Source: Candidatus Enterousia sp. (GTDB lineage: Bacteria > Pseudomonadota > Alphaproteobacteria > Rs-D84). Taken from it: a stretch of DNA of 64,000 bases. Below, in pieces: positions 47,301 to 57,297 of this stretch. A program made the translations under genes and the position numbers. The DNA lies in NCBI GenBank assembly GCA_045617905.1, contig JAZLJO010000014.1:72743-136742 (forward strand). Reading direction: 5' to 3'. Numbering within the stretch: position 1 is the first letter of the stretch; each line of letters begins with the position of its first letter. Under the pieces are notes generated by a model. It ran no database searches. It had not been told where the DNA came from and saw nothing but the letters and a program-made list of their open reading frames with translations.

Positions 47301-50300
47301 TTAGTCGATTTTCTTTGGTGTCAATGCTAAACCCAAACCACGTAATTCGCGAACGAACACATTAAACGCTTCGGGCGTTCCGGTTTGAATATCATCACTG
47401 CCAGAAATAATCGATTCATACATTTTATTTCGGCCAGCAATATCATCAGATTTCACAGTCAGCATTTCACGCAACAAATGTGCTGCACCATGTGCTTCCA
47501 ATGCCCATACTTCCATTTCACCCAGACGCTGACCACCCATGTGCGCTTTTCCAGATAATGGCTGTTGGGTTACTAATGAATAACTGCCGACAGAACGTGC
47601 ATGAATCTTTTCGTCTACAAAATGATGCAATTTCAACATGTACATTACACCAACGGTTACAGGACGTGCAAATTTTTCACCCGTCATACCATCGTACAAA
47701 TCGAACTGACCAGATTCAGGCAAGTTTGCCAATTTCAACATATTATGAATATCATCAGGTGTTGCACCGTCAAACGTTGGGGTTGCCATTGGAACACCAT
47801 CGCGCAACAAAGCTGCTTCGGCACGAACATCGGTATCCGTCATCTTTTCTAATTTTTCTGCGACGTCTTTACCGTATATTTTACCCATAACAGAACGCAA
47901 ATCGTCTGTAACAGCACGTTTCTGTTTAACTTCTTCCAATACCTGACCAATTTGTTCACCCAATGCACGGGCAGCCATACCAAGGTGGGTTTCCAAAATC
48001 TGACCAATATTCATACGTGAAGGCACACCCAATGGATTCAACACCAAATCAACCGGTGTACCATCCGCCAAGTGTGGCATATCTTCGACCGGAACAACCT
48101 TTGACACAATACCTTTATTACCATGACGTCCAGCCATTTTATCACCAGGTTGCAATTTCATTTTATGTGCAATATAAACTTTAACTTCTTTTAAGTCACC
48201 TGCACTTAAAGAATTGCTTTCTGTTGCTTTGGCAACTTCGGCATCTGCTTTTTCATTCAAAGCCTTTAATTTTGCAACATGTTGTTCACGCAATTCATCA
48301 ATCTTGATCTGTGCGTCTTTATTACGCACAACCAATTTTTTGACGTCTGCTGGTCTGATACCATCGAATACTTCTTGGGTTAATTTTTTGCCAACAAATG
48401 GTTTCAAACTGCCGGTACCGGAATCAATGATTTGCCCTTCTGCAATTTGGAATATCTGATCCGCAAAACCCTTTTCTATAATATTCGTTTCTTCTTCACG
48501 ATCCTTGTTAATCTTTTCAATTTTTTGCAGTTCTATCATTTGGGTACGTTCATCTTTTTTAACACCATGACGTGTTAAAACATTAACCCCAATAACAGTT
48601 CCTTCTTCATTTGGACCAACACGCAAAGAAGTATCTTTTACATTCAAAGCCTTTTCACCAAAGATATTGCGTAATAAGGCTTCTTCTGGTGTCAACAATG
48701 TTTCAGATTTTGGCGAAACACGGCCAACTAATATGTCCCCCTGCTTTACACGGGCACCGACATAAATAATACCGGATTCGTCCAAATTCTTTAATGCTTC
48801 TTCACCGACGTTTGGAATATCACGTGTTAATGTTTCTGGTCCTAATTGTGTATCACGAACACGGAATTCTTTTTCAACAATCTTAACCGAAGTGAAAACA
48901 TCTTCACGTGAAATACGTTCAGAAATAACAATAGAATCTTCATAGTTGTATCCACGCCATGGCATAAATGCCACCAATACATTACGTCCCAACGCCAATT
49001 CGCCATAATTCATAGACGAACCATCCGCAATAATATCCCCGGCCGCGATACGATCACCAACACGAACCAACGGTTTTTGATGAATTAACGTTTCACTGTT
49101 GCTGCGTTCAAATTTTTCTAAATTATAAATATCAACCCCAGTTACAACGTTGCGACTGTTCATACATTTAACAACAATACGGTTTGCATCAACAGATTCA
49201 ACAACCCCGCTGTGTTTTGCAACCGTCCCTGTACGTGAATCACGTGCAACCTCACGTTCAATCCCCGTACCAACTAATGGTGCCTGAACACGCAATAATG
49301 GCACAGCCTGACGTTGCATGTTTGATCCCATCAATGCACGGTTAGCGTCGTCATTTTCAACGAACGGTATCAATCCCGTTGCAATCGATACAACCTGACG
49401 TGGTTCAACGTCAATTAAATCGATTTCATCTTTTGGAATCATGGTAAATTCACCGTCAACACGTGCAGTAACCATTTCTTCTGCCAAAACACCTGCAGAT
49501 GTTGTTGGGGTATTTCCCTGAGCAATTTTATGTCCCAATTCCTCGTCTGCGGTTAAATACACCATTTTATCAGTAATCTTGCTGTTTTCGACAACATAAT
49601 ATGGCGTTTCAATGAAACCATATGGATTTACACGTGCGTATGTCGATAAATGGTTAATCAACCCAATATTTGCACCTTCTGGGGTATGAATCGGACACAG
49701 ACGACCATAATGCGTTGGATGAACGTCACGAACATCAATACCGGCACGGTCACGATTCAATCCACCAGGTCCCAATGCAGAAATACGACGTTTATGTTCC
49801 AACTCAGACAACGGGTTATATGAATCCATAAACTGAGATAACTGTGACGTTCCCAAAAATTCAGAAACCAATGACATTAACGGTTTTACATTAACGACGT
49901 CTTGGGGTTGCATGTTTGCAATATTTGGACTGGACAAACTTTCACGAACCAATCGTTCTATACGAACCATACCTGTGCGGAAATTTTGTTCCAACAATTC
50001 GCCAACCATACGAACACGACGATTTGATAAGTTATCAATATCATCAATTGTATCTTTACGATCAATAATATTGGTTAATGTCTTCAACACCGCCAAGAAA
50101 TCACCCTTGGTTAACAAACGTTCATCCTCTGGTTTTTTACCCGTTTCTATTCTTAAACGTTTGTTCATTTTGAAACGACCAACCGCCGACAAATCATAAT
50201 ACGCGGCATCAAAACCTTGGCGCATAAATAAATTTATTGCGGCTTCTAACGTCGGACGTTCACCCGGACGAATAATGTTATATATTTCAATCAATGCTTC

Positions 50301-51437
50301 TTCACGGTTGGTTGTTTTATCTGCAACCAATGTATTACGCATATGTGCACTGATTGTTGCATTATCAATTGAAATCAATGAAATATTTTTGACGTCCATT
50401 TTTTCTAAATCTGTCAAAACTTCTTCTGTGATTTCTGTACCGGCTGGGAAAATAACCTCATCGCCATTTTTGATTGCATCAAACAAATATTCACCAACCA
50501 GATTTTCTGTCATAATACCAAACTCTTTGGCGGCAGATGTAATTTTAGCCAAACGTTTAGCATTTATACGATCACCCTTGGATGCCAAAACCTTTTTATC
50601 TTTTGGGTTAATCAAATCATAATTCAATCGATATTTATCCAATCCTTCGAAAACGGATGTTTCACCACACCACAATTTTCCGTCAAAATTCAAGGCAATG
50701 CGTTTATAAAATGCACCCAAAATTTCTGCATCATCCATTCCACGTATTGTTGTCTTATGTGGATCGGCAATCCATTTCTTTTCATCTTCCGCTGTTGGCA
50801 AACAACGCAACAAAACTGTTGCTGGGACTTTACGACGACGATCTATGCGAACATAAATTACCCCTTTGGATTCTTCAAAATCAATCCAACTGCCGTGTTC
50901 TGGAATAATACGCGCGGTATACGTTGTTTGATTGCCTGCAATCTTCGATTCTTTGGTTGTATCAAAAACAACACCCTGGGCACGATGCATTTGTGAAACA
51001 ATAACGCGTTCAACACCAGACGCAATAAAACTGCCGCGTTCAGTCATTAACGGCACTTCGCCCATAAATATCTCTTGTTCTTTAATATCGCGTAAAGTCT
51101 TTTTACCGTCTTCTGCGACATCCCATAAAATCAACCTCAGCTTCAACTTCAATTTGCTGGAATATGTCATATTACGCAACATACATTCTTTAACCGTATA
51201 AACAGGCTGGTCCAATGTATATTCAATGAATTCCAAATCAGCAATTCCCGCATAATCTTTAATTGGGAACATAGATTTGAATACATTCTGTAACCCAATA
51301 TTTTTTCTGTTTTCTGGGGCTACATCTGCCTGTAAAAAATCTCGGTACGAATCGTACTGAATTTCAACCAAATCAGGAAGCGGGGTTTGCAAAAAACTTT
51401 TTCCAAAAGATTTTCTAAATTTTTGAATGACTGCCAT
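47301..51437 (-). CDS. rpoB: DNA-directed RNA polymerase subunit beta
   Basis: ~1378 aa with conserved RpoB blocks. Start taken at MAVIQKF; the track's start is a TTG 3 codons upstream. Confidence 0.95.
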   Translation of the reverse strand: MAVIQKFRKSFGKSFLQTPLPDLVEIQYDSYRDFLQADVAPENRKNIGLQNVFKSMFPIKDYAGIADLEFIEYTLDQPVYTVKECMLRNMTYSSKLKLKLRLILWDVAEDGKKTLRDIKEQEIFMGEVPLMTERGSFIASGVERVIVSQMHRAQGVVFDTTKESKIAGNQTTYTARIIPEHGSWIDFEESKGVIYVRIDRRRKVPATVLLRCLPTAEDEKKWIADPHKTTIRGMDDAEILGAFYKRIALNFDGKLWCGETSVFEGLDKYRLNYDLINPKDKKVLASKGDRINAKRLAKITSAAKEFGIMTENLVGEYLFDAIKNGDEVIFPAGTEITEEVLTDLEKMDVKNISLISIDNATISAHMRNTLVADKTTNREEALIEIYNIIRPGERPTLEAAINLFMRQGFDAAYYDLSAVGRFKMNKRLRIETGKKPEDERLLTKGDFLAVLKTLTNIIDRKDTIDDIDNLSNRRVRMVGELLEQNFRTGMVRIERLVRESLSSPNIANMQPQDVVNVKPLMSLVSEFLGTSQLSQFMDSYNPLSELEHKRRISALGPGGLNRDRAGIDVRDVHPTHYGRLCPIHTPEGANIGLINHLSTYARVNPYGFIETPYYVVENSKITDKMVYLTADEELGHKIAQGNTPTTSAGVLAEEMVTARVDGEFTMIPKDEIDLIDVEPRQVVSIATGLIPFVENDDANRALMGSNMQRQAVPLLRVQAPLVGTGIEREVARDSRTGTVAKHSGVVESVDANRIVVKCMNSRNVVTGVDIYNLEKFERSNSETLIHQKPLVRVGDRIAAGDIIADGSSMNYGELALGRNVLVAFMPWRGYNYEDSIVISERISREDVFTSVKIVEKEFRVRDTQLGPETLTRDIPNVGEEALKNLDESGIIYVGARVKQGDILVGRVSPKSETLLTPEEALLRNIFGEKALNVKDTSLRVGPNEEGTVIGVNVLTRHGVKKDERTQMIELQKIEKINKDREEETNIIEKGFADQIFQIAEGQIIDSGTGSLKPFVGKKLTQEVFDGIRPADVKKLVVRNKDAQIKIDELREQHVAKLKALNEKADAEVAKATESNSLSAGDLKEVKVYIAHKMKLQPGDKMAGRHGNKGIVSKVVPVEDMPHLADGTPVDLVLNPLGVPSRMNIGQILETHLGMAARALGEQIGQVLEEVKQKRAVTDDLRSVMGKIYGKDVAEKLEKMTDTDVRAEAALLRDGVPMATPTFDGATPDDIHNMLKLANLPESGQFDLYDGMTGEKFARPVTVGVMYMLKLHHFVDEKIHARSVGSYSLVTQQPLSGKAHMGGQRLGEMEVWALEAHGAAHLLREMLTVKSDDIAGRNKMYESIISGSDDIQTGTPEAFNVFVRELRGLGLALTPKKID

Positions 51438-51608
51438 AGATCTCAATCCTTTTTTTCCGTGCGCTTTGCAAACAAATATTTCTATATACGTTTTAACGTC
51501 TCAGGGCCCGCTTGGAAAAAGACTTTCCAAGCGGGCTTTCGACGGTGGGTGTCGCAATATCACACCCCCCTTTTTTTTCGGAACAAAAACTGTTCCGCCA
51601 TTATCAAA

Positions 51609-51974
51609 TTATTTCAATTCGATTTTGGCACCAGCTGCTTCCAATGTAGCTTTCATTTTTTCAGCTTCATCTTTTGCAACTGCTTCTTTGATAGCTTTTG
51701 GTGCAGATTCAACCAAAGCTTTGGCTTCACCCAAACCTAAACCTGTAATATCTTTAACAGCTTTGATAACAGCTAATTTATTTGCACCAGCTTCAGCTAA
51801 AACAACATCAAATTCTGTTTTTTCTTCAACTGCGGCTGCGGCTGGACCGGCTGCAACTGCAACAGCAGCAGCGGCACTAACGCCCCATGTTTCTTCCAAA
51901 GCTTTGGACAATTCAACTGCTTCCAAAACTGACAATTTTGACAATTCTTCAACCAATTTTTGAATGTCTGCCAT
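51609..51974 (-). CDS. rplL: 50S ribosomal protein L7/L12
   Basis: 121 aa with an Ala/Val-rich hinge and a conserved C-terminal domain. Confidence 0.9.
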   Translation of the reverse strand: MADIQKLVEELSKLSVLEAVELSKALEETWGVSAAAAVAVAAGPAAAAVEEKTEFDVVLAEAGANKLAVIKAVKDITGLGLGEAKALVESAPKAIKEAVAKDEAEKMKATLEAAGAKIELK

Positions 51975-52021
51975 TTTTTAACTCCTAGTTTTTATATAAT
52001 CAAAACGTTATATTTTGATAA

Positions 52022-52498
52022 TTAATTTTTCTTCCCATACTCGGCAGAAACACGTGCCAATCGCGATGCCGGTTCGACCAAAATACGTGCGATTGTTCCA
52101 CGAATTTCCAACAAGGATGGCAATTTGGATAATTGCACAACGCCGTTCACATCCAGAACATCTGCATCCATTTTACCACCAACGATTGTCAAATTTGGAT
52201 GTTCATCTGCAAATTTGGCCAACACTTTGGTAACTGCCAACGAATCAGTTGCAACCGCAACCGCCGTTGGACGTTTCATCATATCGGATACAGGTGCAAA
52301 ATCAGTGTCTTTCAACGCCAATTTCATCAAACGGTTTTTAACCACCTTGAACAAAGAAACCATTGGGCGCAATTCATTACGCAAGGCTTCCATTTCTTTT
52401 ACGGTCAAACCATGATTTTCAATAACGAAAATACCGTCTGCTTCTTTCAAGGACGACTGCAACGCAGAAATCAAATCTGATTTTTCTTCGCGTCTCAT
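52022..52498 (-). CDS. rplJ: 50S ribosomal protein L10
   Basis: 158 aa in the position between rplA and rplL. Confidence 0.85.
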   Translation of the reverse strand: MRREEKSDLISALQSSLKEADGIFVIENHGLTVKEMEALRNELRPMVSLFKVVKNRLMKLALKDTDFAPVSDMMKRPTAVAVATDSLAVTKVLAKFADEHPNLTIVGGKMDADVLDVNGVVQLSKLPSLLEIRGTIARILVEPASRLARVSAEYGKKN

Positions 52499-52713
52499 AT
52501 CTTTTATCCTTTATCCTGATTGCGAAAATTTCGCAACCCCCGTTTTGTTAAACTTTCCATCCGGTTTCCCGGAATGGGGCCTTGGTTCCTGCCCCAAAGA
52601 ATTTTATCTTTGTCTATGATGGGAATTAAGCCAATCTTTTCTGTGGCACCATCAGTCTCGGACAGAAATCTGCTTTATGGTGTGCAACATTCAATTACAC
52701 ACCATATACTTTA
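52499..52713 (-). promoter_or_regulatory. putative rplJ (L10) leader / autoregulatory 5'UTR
   Basis: 215-nt structured GC-richer spacer between rplA and rplJ, the classical site of the L10(L12)4-binding leader. Inference from synteny only. Confidence 0.3.
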
Positions 52714-53388
52714 TTATTTTACCTCTATCTTCAAGCCTGGACCTTGTGTCGTCGCAACAGACGCCCCCAAGATATATTGGCCTTTAGAGGATGCAGGTTT
52801 TACTTTCTTTAATTGTTCAACCAATGCATTTACATTTTCAACCAATTGTTCTGTTGTAAATGACATTTTACCAACACCTGCGTGGATGATACCCTTCTTT
52901 TCGGCACGGTATTCAATCTGACCCGCTTTGGCTGTTGCAACAGCTTCTGCCACATTGTTTGTTACCGTTCCCAATTTTGGATTAGGCATCAAACCCTTTG
53001 GTCCCAATATACGTGCAACCTTTGACATTTTTGGCATCATATCAGGCGTTGCAATAACGCGGTCAAAATTAATCTCACCCGCTGCAACCCTTTCAATTAA
53101 ATCTTCACCACCAACAACATCAGCCCCCGCCTTTTTAGCTTCGTCCGCACTGTTTACAGTAAACACTGCAACACGAACAGTTTTACCCGTTCCGTTCGGC
53201 AAAGACAACATACCACGAATATTTTGATCAGCCTTAGTCACATCAATTCCCAAACGAATCGCAACTTCCAAGCTTTCATCAAATTTTTTAGATACATATC
53301 CACGTAACGCTTCGATTGCATCGGTCAAAGAATAAACCTTTTCCTGATCCAATTGTGCCCACGTTTTCTGTCTTTTGGTAATTTTCAT
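52714..53388 (-). CDS. rplA: 50S ribosomal protein L1
   Basis: 224 aa. Conserved L1 family sequence. Confidence 0.9.
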   Translation of the reverse strand: MKITKRQKTWAQLDQEKVYSLTDAIEALRGYVSKKFDESLEVAIRLGIDVTKADQNIRGMLSLPNGTGKTVRVAVFTVNSADEAKKAGADVVGGEDLIERVAAGEINFDRVIATPDMMPKMSKVARILGPKGLMPNPKLGTVTNNVAEAVATAKAGQIEYRAEKKGIIHAGVGKMSFTTEQLVENVNALVEQLKKVKPASSKGQYILGASVATTQGPGLKIEVK

Positions 53389-53391
53389 ATC

Positions 53392-53823
53392 TTAATCCTC
53401 CACCTTTACGCCCATAGAACGGCACTGACCCGCAACAATATTCATCGCAGATTCAATGGTAGAGCAATTCAAATCCGGCATTTTATTTTCCGCAATTTGC
53501 TTTATTTGTTCTTGGCTAATTTTACCAACAAAATCACGACCTGGCTTATGCGAACCAAGTTTCAACCCTAATGCCTTTTTAATATAATACGACACTGGTG
53601 GCAATTTCATAACAAATTCAAAACTGCGATCTGTATAAACTGTAATAATACATGGAATTGGCATTCCAGGTTCTTTATCAGATGTTTTATCATTAAACTG
53701 TTTGCAGAATTCTGCAATATTAACACCAGCCGCACCCAACGCCGGCCCAATCGGGGGAGCAGGATTCGCCTGTTTTGCTGGGACTTCTATTTTAACTATC
53801 CCTTTTAATTCTTTTTTTGCCAT
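53392..53823 (-). CDS. rplK: 50S ribosomal protein L11
   Basis: [30 protein letters not shown]... GGAG RBS. The track's N-terminal extension was trimmed. Confidence 0.9.
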   Translation of the reverse strand: MAKKELKGIVKIEVPAKQANPAPPIGPALGAAGVNIAEFCKQFNDKTSDKEPGMPIPCIITVYTDRSFEFVMKLPPVSYYIKKALGLKLGSHKPGRDFVGKISQEQIKQIAENKMPDLNCSTIESAMNIVAGQCRSMGVKVED

Positions 53824-53934
53824 TGTTTTTACTCCATTTTTTATCGAGTCACGTGGTACGATGTGGCCCATCCACCACGACATTCTTGCAGAATTCTATA
53901 GAAAAAATTCTAAAAATCCACAAAAATCTTTCAC

Positions 53935-54468
53935 TTAGATACGTTCAACCTGTGTAAAATCTAACTCAACACTGGTTTCGCGTCCAAAAACCAAAATACT
54001 AACAGTCATTTTTTGTTTCAAATTATCAACTTCGGCTGCAATACCATTAAAACCTGCAAACGGACCATCCGTAACATGAACTTCTTGTCCAACAGAATAT
54101 TCTGCAACATCCGTAGAAAACGCACCATCTTCAACCTGTTTTAACAAACGGCGTGCTTCTTCTTCACTGACTGCAATAGGTTTATTTTTTGCCCCCAAAA
54201 ACATAACAACCTGAGGCATCAATTTTACCAACGAAAAGGTTTCATTATTCAAAACCATTTGAACAACAATATACCCTGGGAAAAACTTCTTTTCAGTTTT
54301 CACACGTTTTCCACCCTTAATCTCGGTAACTTCGCGTGTAGGAACCAAAATTTCCCCAAACAGCGCATTTAATCGACGTTTATCAATTTGTTCACGCAAA
54401 CCACGTGCTACTTTATCTTCACACCCTGTATGAACATTTACAACAAACCATTGCATATTATTTTCCAT
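53935..54468 (-). CDS. nusG: transcription termination/antitermination factor NusG
   Basis: NGN plus KOW domains. Start MENNMQWFVV with AAAGGGTG RBS. Confidence 0.85.
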   Translation of the reverse strand: MENNMQWFVVNVHTGCEDKVARGLREQIDKRRLNALFGEILVPTREVTEIKGGKRVKTEKKFFPGYIVVQMVLNNETFSLVKLMPQVVMFLGAKNKPIAVSEEEARRLLKQVEDGAFSTDVAEYSVGQEVHVTDGPFAGFNGIAAEVDNLKQKMTVSILVFGRETSVELDFTQVERI

Positions 54469-54488
54469 TACACACCCTTTTGTACGTT

Positions 54489-54668
54489 TTAGAAAATCCA
54501 ACCAACCAACATATTCAGCAACCCATCAATTAAAAAGAAAAACAGGGCCGCCAAACCCGAAAAAACTAAAATCATCATCGTCGCCCGCACAACCGAATCA
54601 CGCGCCGGCCATACAATTTTAAACCATTCATTACGAACCGATTTAATATATTCCAGTACTTTTTTCAT
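54489..54668 (-). CDS. secE: preprotein translocase subunit SecE
   Basis: 59-aa single-TM protein MKKVLEYIKSVRNEWFKIVWPARDSVV... between tRNA-Trp and nusG. Below the ORF-track cutoff, found by manual translation. Confidence 0.7.
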   Translation of the reverse strand: MKKVLEYIKSVRNEWFKIVWPARDSVVRATMMILVFSGLAALFFFLIDGLLNMLVGWIF

Positions 54669-54721
54669 AAAAACTATCCATAATTTCCGACCATCAACCG
54701 CATAACAGTCAAGAATCTTCT

Positions 54722-54795
54722 TGGCAGGGGCTAAAGGAATCGAACCCTTATCCGCGGTTTTGGAGACCGATATTCTACCGTTGAACTAAGCCCCT
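54722..54795 (-). tRNA. tRNA-Trp (anticodon CCA)
   Basis: AGGGGCTTAGTTCAACGGTAGAATATCGGTCTCCAAAACCGCGGATAAGGGTTCGATTCCTTTAGCCCCTGCCA. Canonical position upstream of secE-nusG. Confidence 0.85.
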
Positions 54796-54964
54796 GTATT
54801 GATCATAACTGTACACAACAACCACACGCAATTCACATGGTCTGCGATACGGTATCACACCTGACAAAAAAATCAAGTATAAATATTATACTTTTTTATC
54901 CACATTCACGCAAGCATTTTTTGGCTGACCAGCCAACTTAGATTAAAATCAACCGCTTTTTTGC

Positions 54965-54994
54965 TTGCACAACATAACAAAATTTGTCTACAAT
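54965..54994 (+). promoter_or_regulatory. candidate sigma70 promoter for the virB8-10 operon (TTGCAC-18 nt-TACAAT)
   Basis: Near-consensus hexamers ~40 nt upstream of the virB8-like start. Confidence 0.3.
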
Positions 54995-55029
54995 TATCAA
55001 AGAATTAATGAAAGCGAGGGAATTTTATT

Positions 55030-55722
55030 GTGCAAAACCGCATAGAGCCACCAGTTTTACTGTCCAGATTACTGACCTTTGTATTGGCCGGTGCGTTGGT
55101 TGTTTTAATAACACTGATCGTAACCCTGTATAAAATGTTTCCCATTAATCGCCCCCAGGTGTTTTTTTTATCAGCCAGACCCCAAAATGATTTGCAGATA
55201 ATTTTAAACGAAATCCCACCGACAAATAAAAACATGGATTGGTATAAACGTTCATTTATACGTGAATACATACGGGTGCGAAATGAAATCGTCCCGAATA
55301 TAAGTGAAATGCATAATCGTTGGTCAAATAATGCAGGTGGCCTGGTTCGTGCATGGTCAACAACACCCGTATTCCAAGAATTTACCCAAACAAAATTATG
55401 GGCAGTCATGATGAACAACGTGTTGGGAAATTATTTTACATGTCGTGTTGAATTCAAAGATGGGGCTTTGACACCACGAACACACGATACATATTCGGTA
55501 GAATTCAAATATTTTTGCACAGATATTAGTGGACAGGAATACCAAAAAGATTATACAATCGTTATAAAATTAGAACAAGAAAACACAACCCCAATGAAAT
55601 GGTTCGAAATTTTAGACAACCCGTTGGGATTACGTGTATCAGAATATAAAATAGAATCCGATAACGGTGACCCATTAAATATTGGATACCAAATGATTGG
55701 TAATCAAAACGGAATCTATTAA
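55030..55722 (+). CDS. virB8: type IV secretion system protein VirB8/TrbF family
   Basis: GTG start with GAGG RBS. N-terminal TM helix. Periplasmic domain carries an NPxG motif (DNPLGLRVSEY). Confidence 0.55.
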   Translation: MQNRIEPPVLLSRLLTFVLAGALVVLITLIVTLYKMFPINRPQVFFLSARPQNDLQIILNEIPPTNKNMDWYKRSFIREYIRVRNEIVPNISEMHNRWSNNAGGLVRAWSTTPVFQEFTQTKLWAVMMNNVLGNYFTCRVEFKDGALTPRTHDTYSVEFKYFCTDISGQEYQKDYTIVIKLEQENTTPMKWFEILDNPLGLRVSEYKIESDNGDPLNIGYQMIGNQNGIY

Positions 55723-55750
55723 CAGACATACAAAGCTAAGGAATGTTGAC

Positions 55751-57271
55751 ATGTTATTAAGAAATGCAGTCAAATTAAATACATCTATATTCTGTTTGGT
55801 ATTGGCAATGATGACTAATGTCTCATTTGCAGACGAATACGGTGTACAAACGGCTTGGGACAATCCAAGTGCCAATATGACCAGTGGCAGCAGTAAACCG
55901 GGATACGCCCAATTATCATGGGCCGCGGGCAGTGTGTTACCAATCAAATTACGTAATGGGATGGTAACAATGTTAACATTGCCAAATGGCGAACAAATTG
56001 CAGATGCCGTTGTTGGTGACAACGGTTTGTTTGCCATTGATGCCGCCCAGGGTGACCGTACAATGTTCATCAGTCCGGCACCAGAAAATCAAGGTTCGGA
56101 TACAAATTTAATTGTAACAGGGAAATCCGGCAATAAATACATATTTTATTTGCGCAGCGAACCACGAAATGCCAGTGAAATTACATATTCCCAGGTTGAT
56201 ATTGTTTTGGATGGCAATGCCACATTACCGGGTGCTGCAAATACTGCAGTTACATCGGGTGGTGCAAAATCTATATTTAAAAAATCAGCCCCTGCCCAAA
56301 GTGTCGTGGGGGTTGACGGCGAAGATTATGGTTGGATAAAATCAATGAAAATAGATCCATCTGAATTCAGATTTGATTTAGATATATTTGTTCCAAATCC
56401 AGATGATTATGTTATCGCCCCCGAACGTGTATGGCGTGATAGAATATTTACATACATTGATTTTGGTGACAAAGTTATTGCGATGACACAACGTCCGGTT
56501 GTATCACTGTTAGTCGAAGGTGGGGAAGCCCCGGTTGGTTTCCGCACAGATGGCGAAGATGGGCGTCTATTAATTGTCGAAGCGGTCGGTGATATGGTGT
56601 TGCGCAGTGGTCAACGTTTGGTATGTATAAAAAAACGTGAAAAACCGTTCTTAATCGCAGATACCGCATCTGTTATGGCATTAGCAGAGGCAAACGTTGC
56701 CCAATCCATGATGTCCAATCAATCGTTAAATAACATTGCATATACAATGAATCAAAATGCAATTAACATGAGCGGAATGAACTATACTGGAACCCCCGTT
56801 ATGATGGGTAATATGCCAAATAATTCAGCCGCTGGTTATTACATGCCAACATCGTATTCCGCGTCACAAAATTATGGTACCAATACGGGATTAACAATGA
56901 TACCAACAGAACGTGTAACGGCTGGTTCATATTTACCACAAACAAATATCCCATTAATTACCAGCAATCAAAACGGTGTTGCCGTTGAATTAAAGGCCGA
57001 CACTTCTGTCAAAGCCTTAGACGATTACTGGGCCGGATTATTATCAAAATTCAGTGGTGAAGATGGTCAAGGTTTATTAACACCATACAAAGACAAAGTA
57101 TTCTTTGCCGTTGATGAACAGGGTGTTGGTGATTTGGGGGCCGCTTCATCAACAGCACGCCTGTATCGTTTACGCATTGGTCCATTATCGGATATTGACG
57201 TAGCACAAACACTGTGTGACAAATTATTAAAATTCAATGGCACCAGTTGCAGTGTGGTTCGTATTCAATAA
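55751..57271 (+). CDS. virB9: VirB9/TrbG-like T4SS protein with Q/N/M-rich linker and C-terminal SPOR-like domain
   Basis: Signal peptide. TNLIVTGKSGNKYIFYLRS matches the VirB9 TNLxVxTxxxxYxFxL block. C-terminal YRLRIGPLSDIDVAQTLCDKLLKFNGTSCSVVRI is SPOR-like. Confidence 0.5.
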   Translation: MLLRNAVKLNTSIFCLVLAMMTNVSFADEYGVQTAWDNPSANMTSGSSKPGYAQLSWAAGSVLPIKLRNGMVTMLTLPNGEQIADAVVGDNGLFAIDAAQGDRTMFISPAPENQGSDTNLIVTGKSGNKYIFYLRSEPRNASEITYSQVDIVLDGNATLPGAANTAVTSGGAKSIFKKSAPAQSVVGVDGEDYGWIKSMKIDPSEFRFDLDIFVPNPDDYVIAPERVWRDRIFTYIDFGDKVIAMTQRPVVSLLVEGGEAPVGFRTDGEDGRLLIVEAVGDMVLRSGQRLVCIKKREKPFLIADTASVMALAEANVAQSMMSNQSLNNIAYTMNQNAINMSGMNYTGTPVMMGNMPNNSAAGYYMPTSYSASQNYGTNTGLTMIPTERVTAGSYLPQTNIPLITSNQNGVAVELKADTSVKALDDYWAGLLSKFSGEDGQGLLTPYKDKVFFAVDEQGVGDLGAASSTARLYRLRIGPLSDIDVAQTLCDKLLKFNGTSCSVVRIQ

Positions 57272-57297
57272 AAATTATATTGGTGGATTAGATTACA

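Noticed and set aside
43599-51201. Numerous 60-160-aa ORFs on the plus strand inside rpoC and rpoB
   Set aside because: They are antisense to highly conserved RNA polymerase genes. The long open frames are an expected by-product of codon bias, and none has an RBS.
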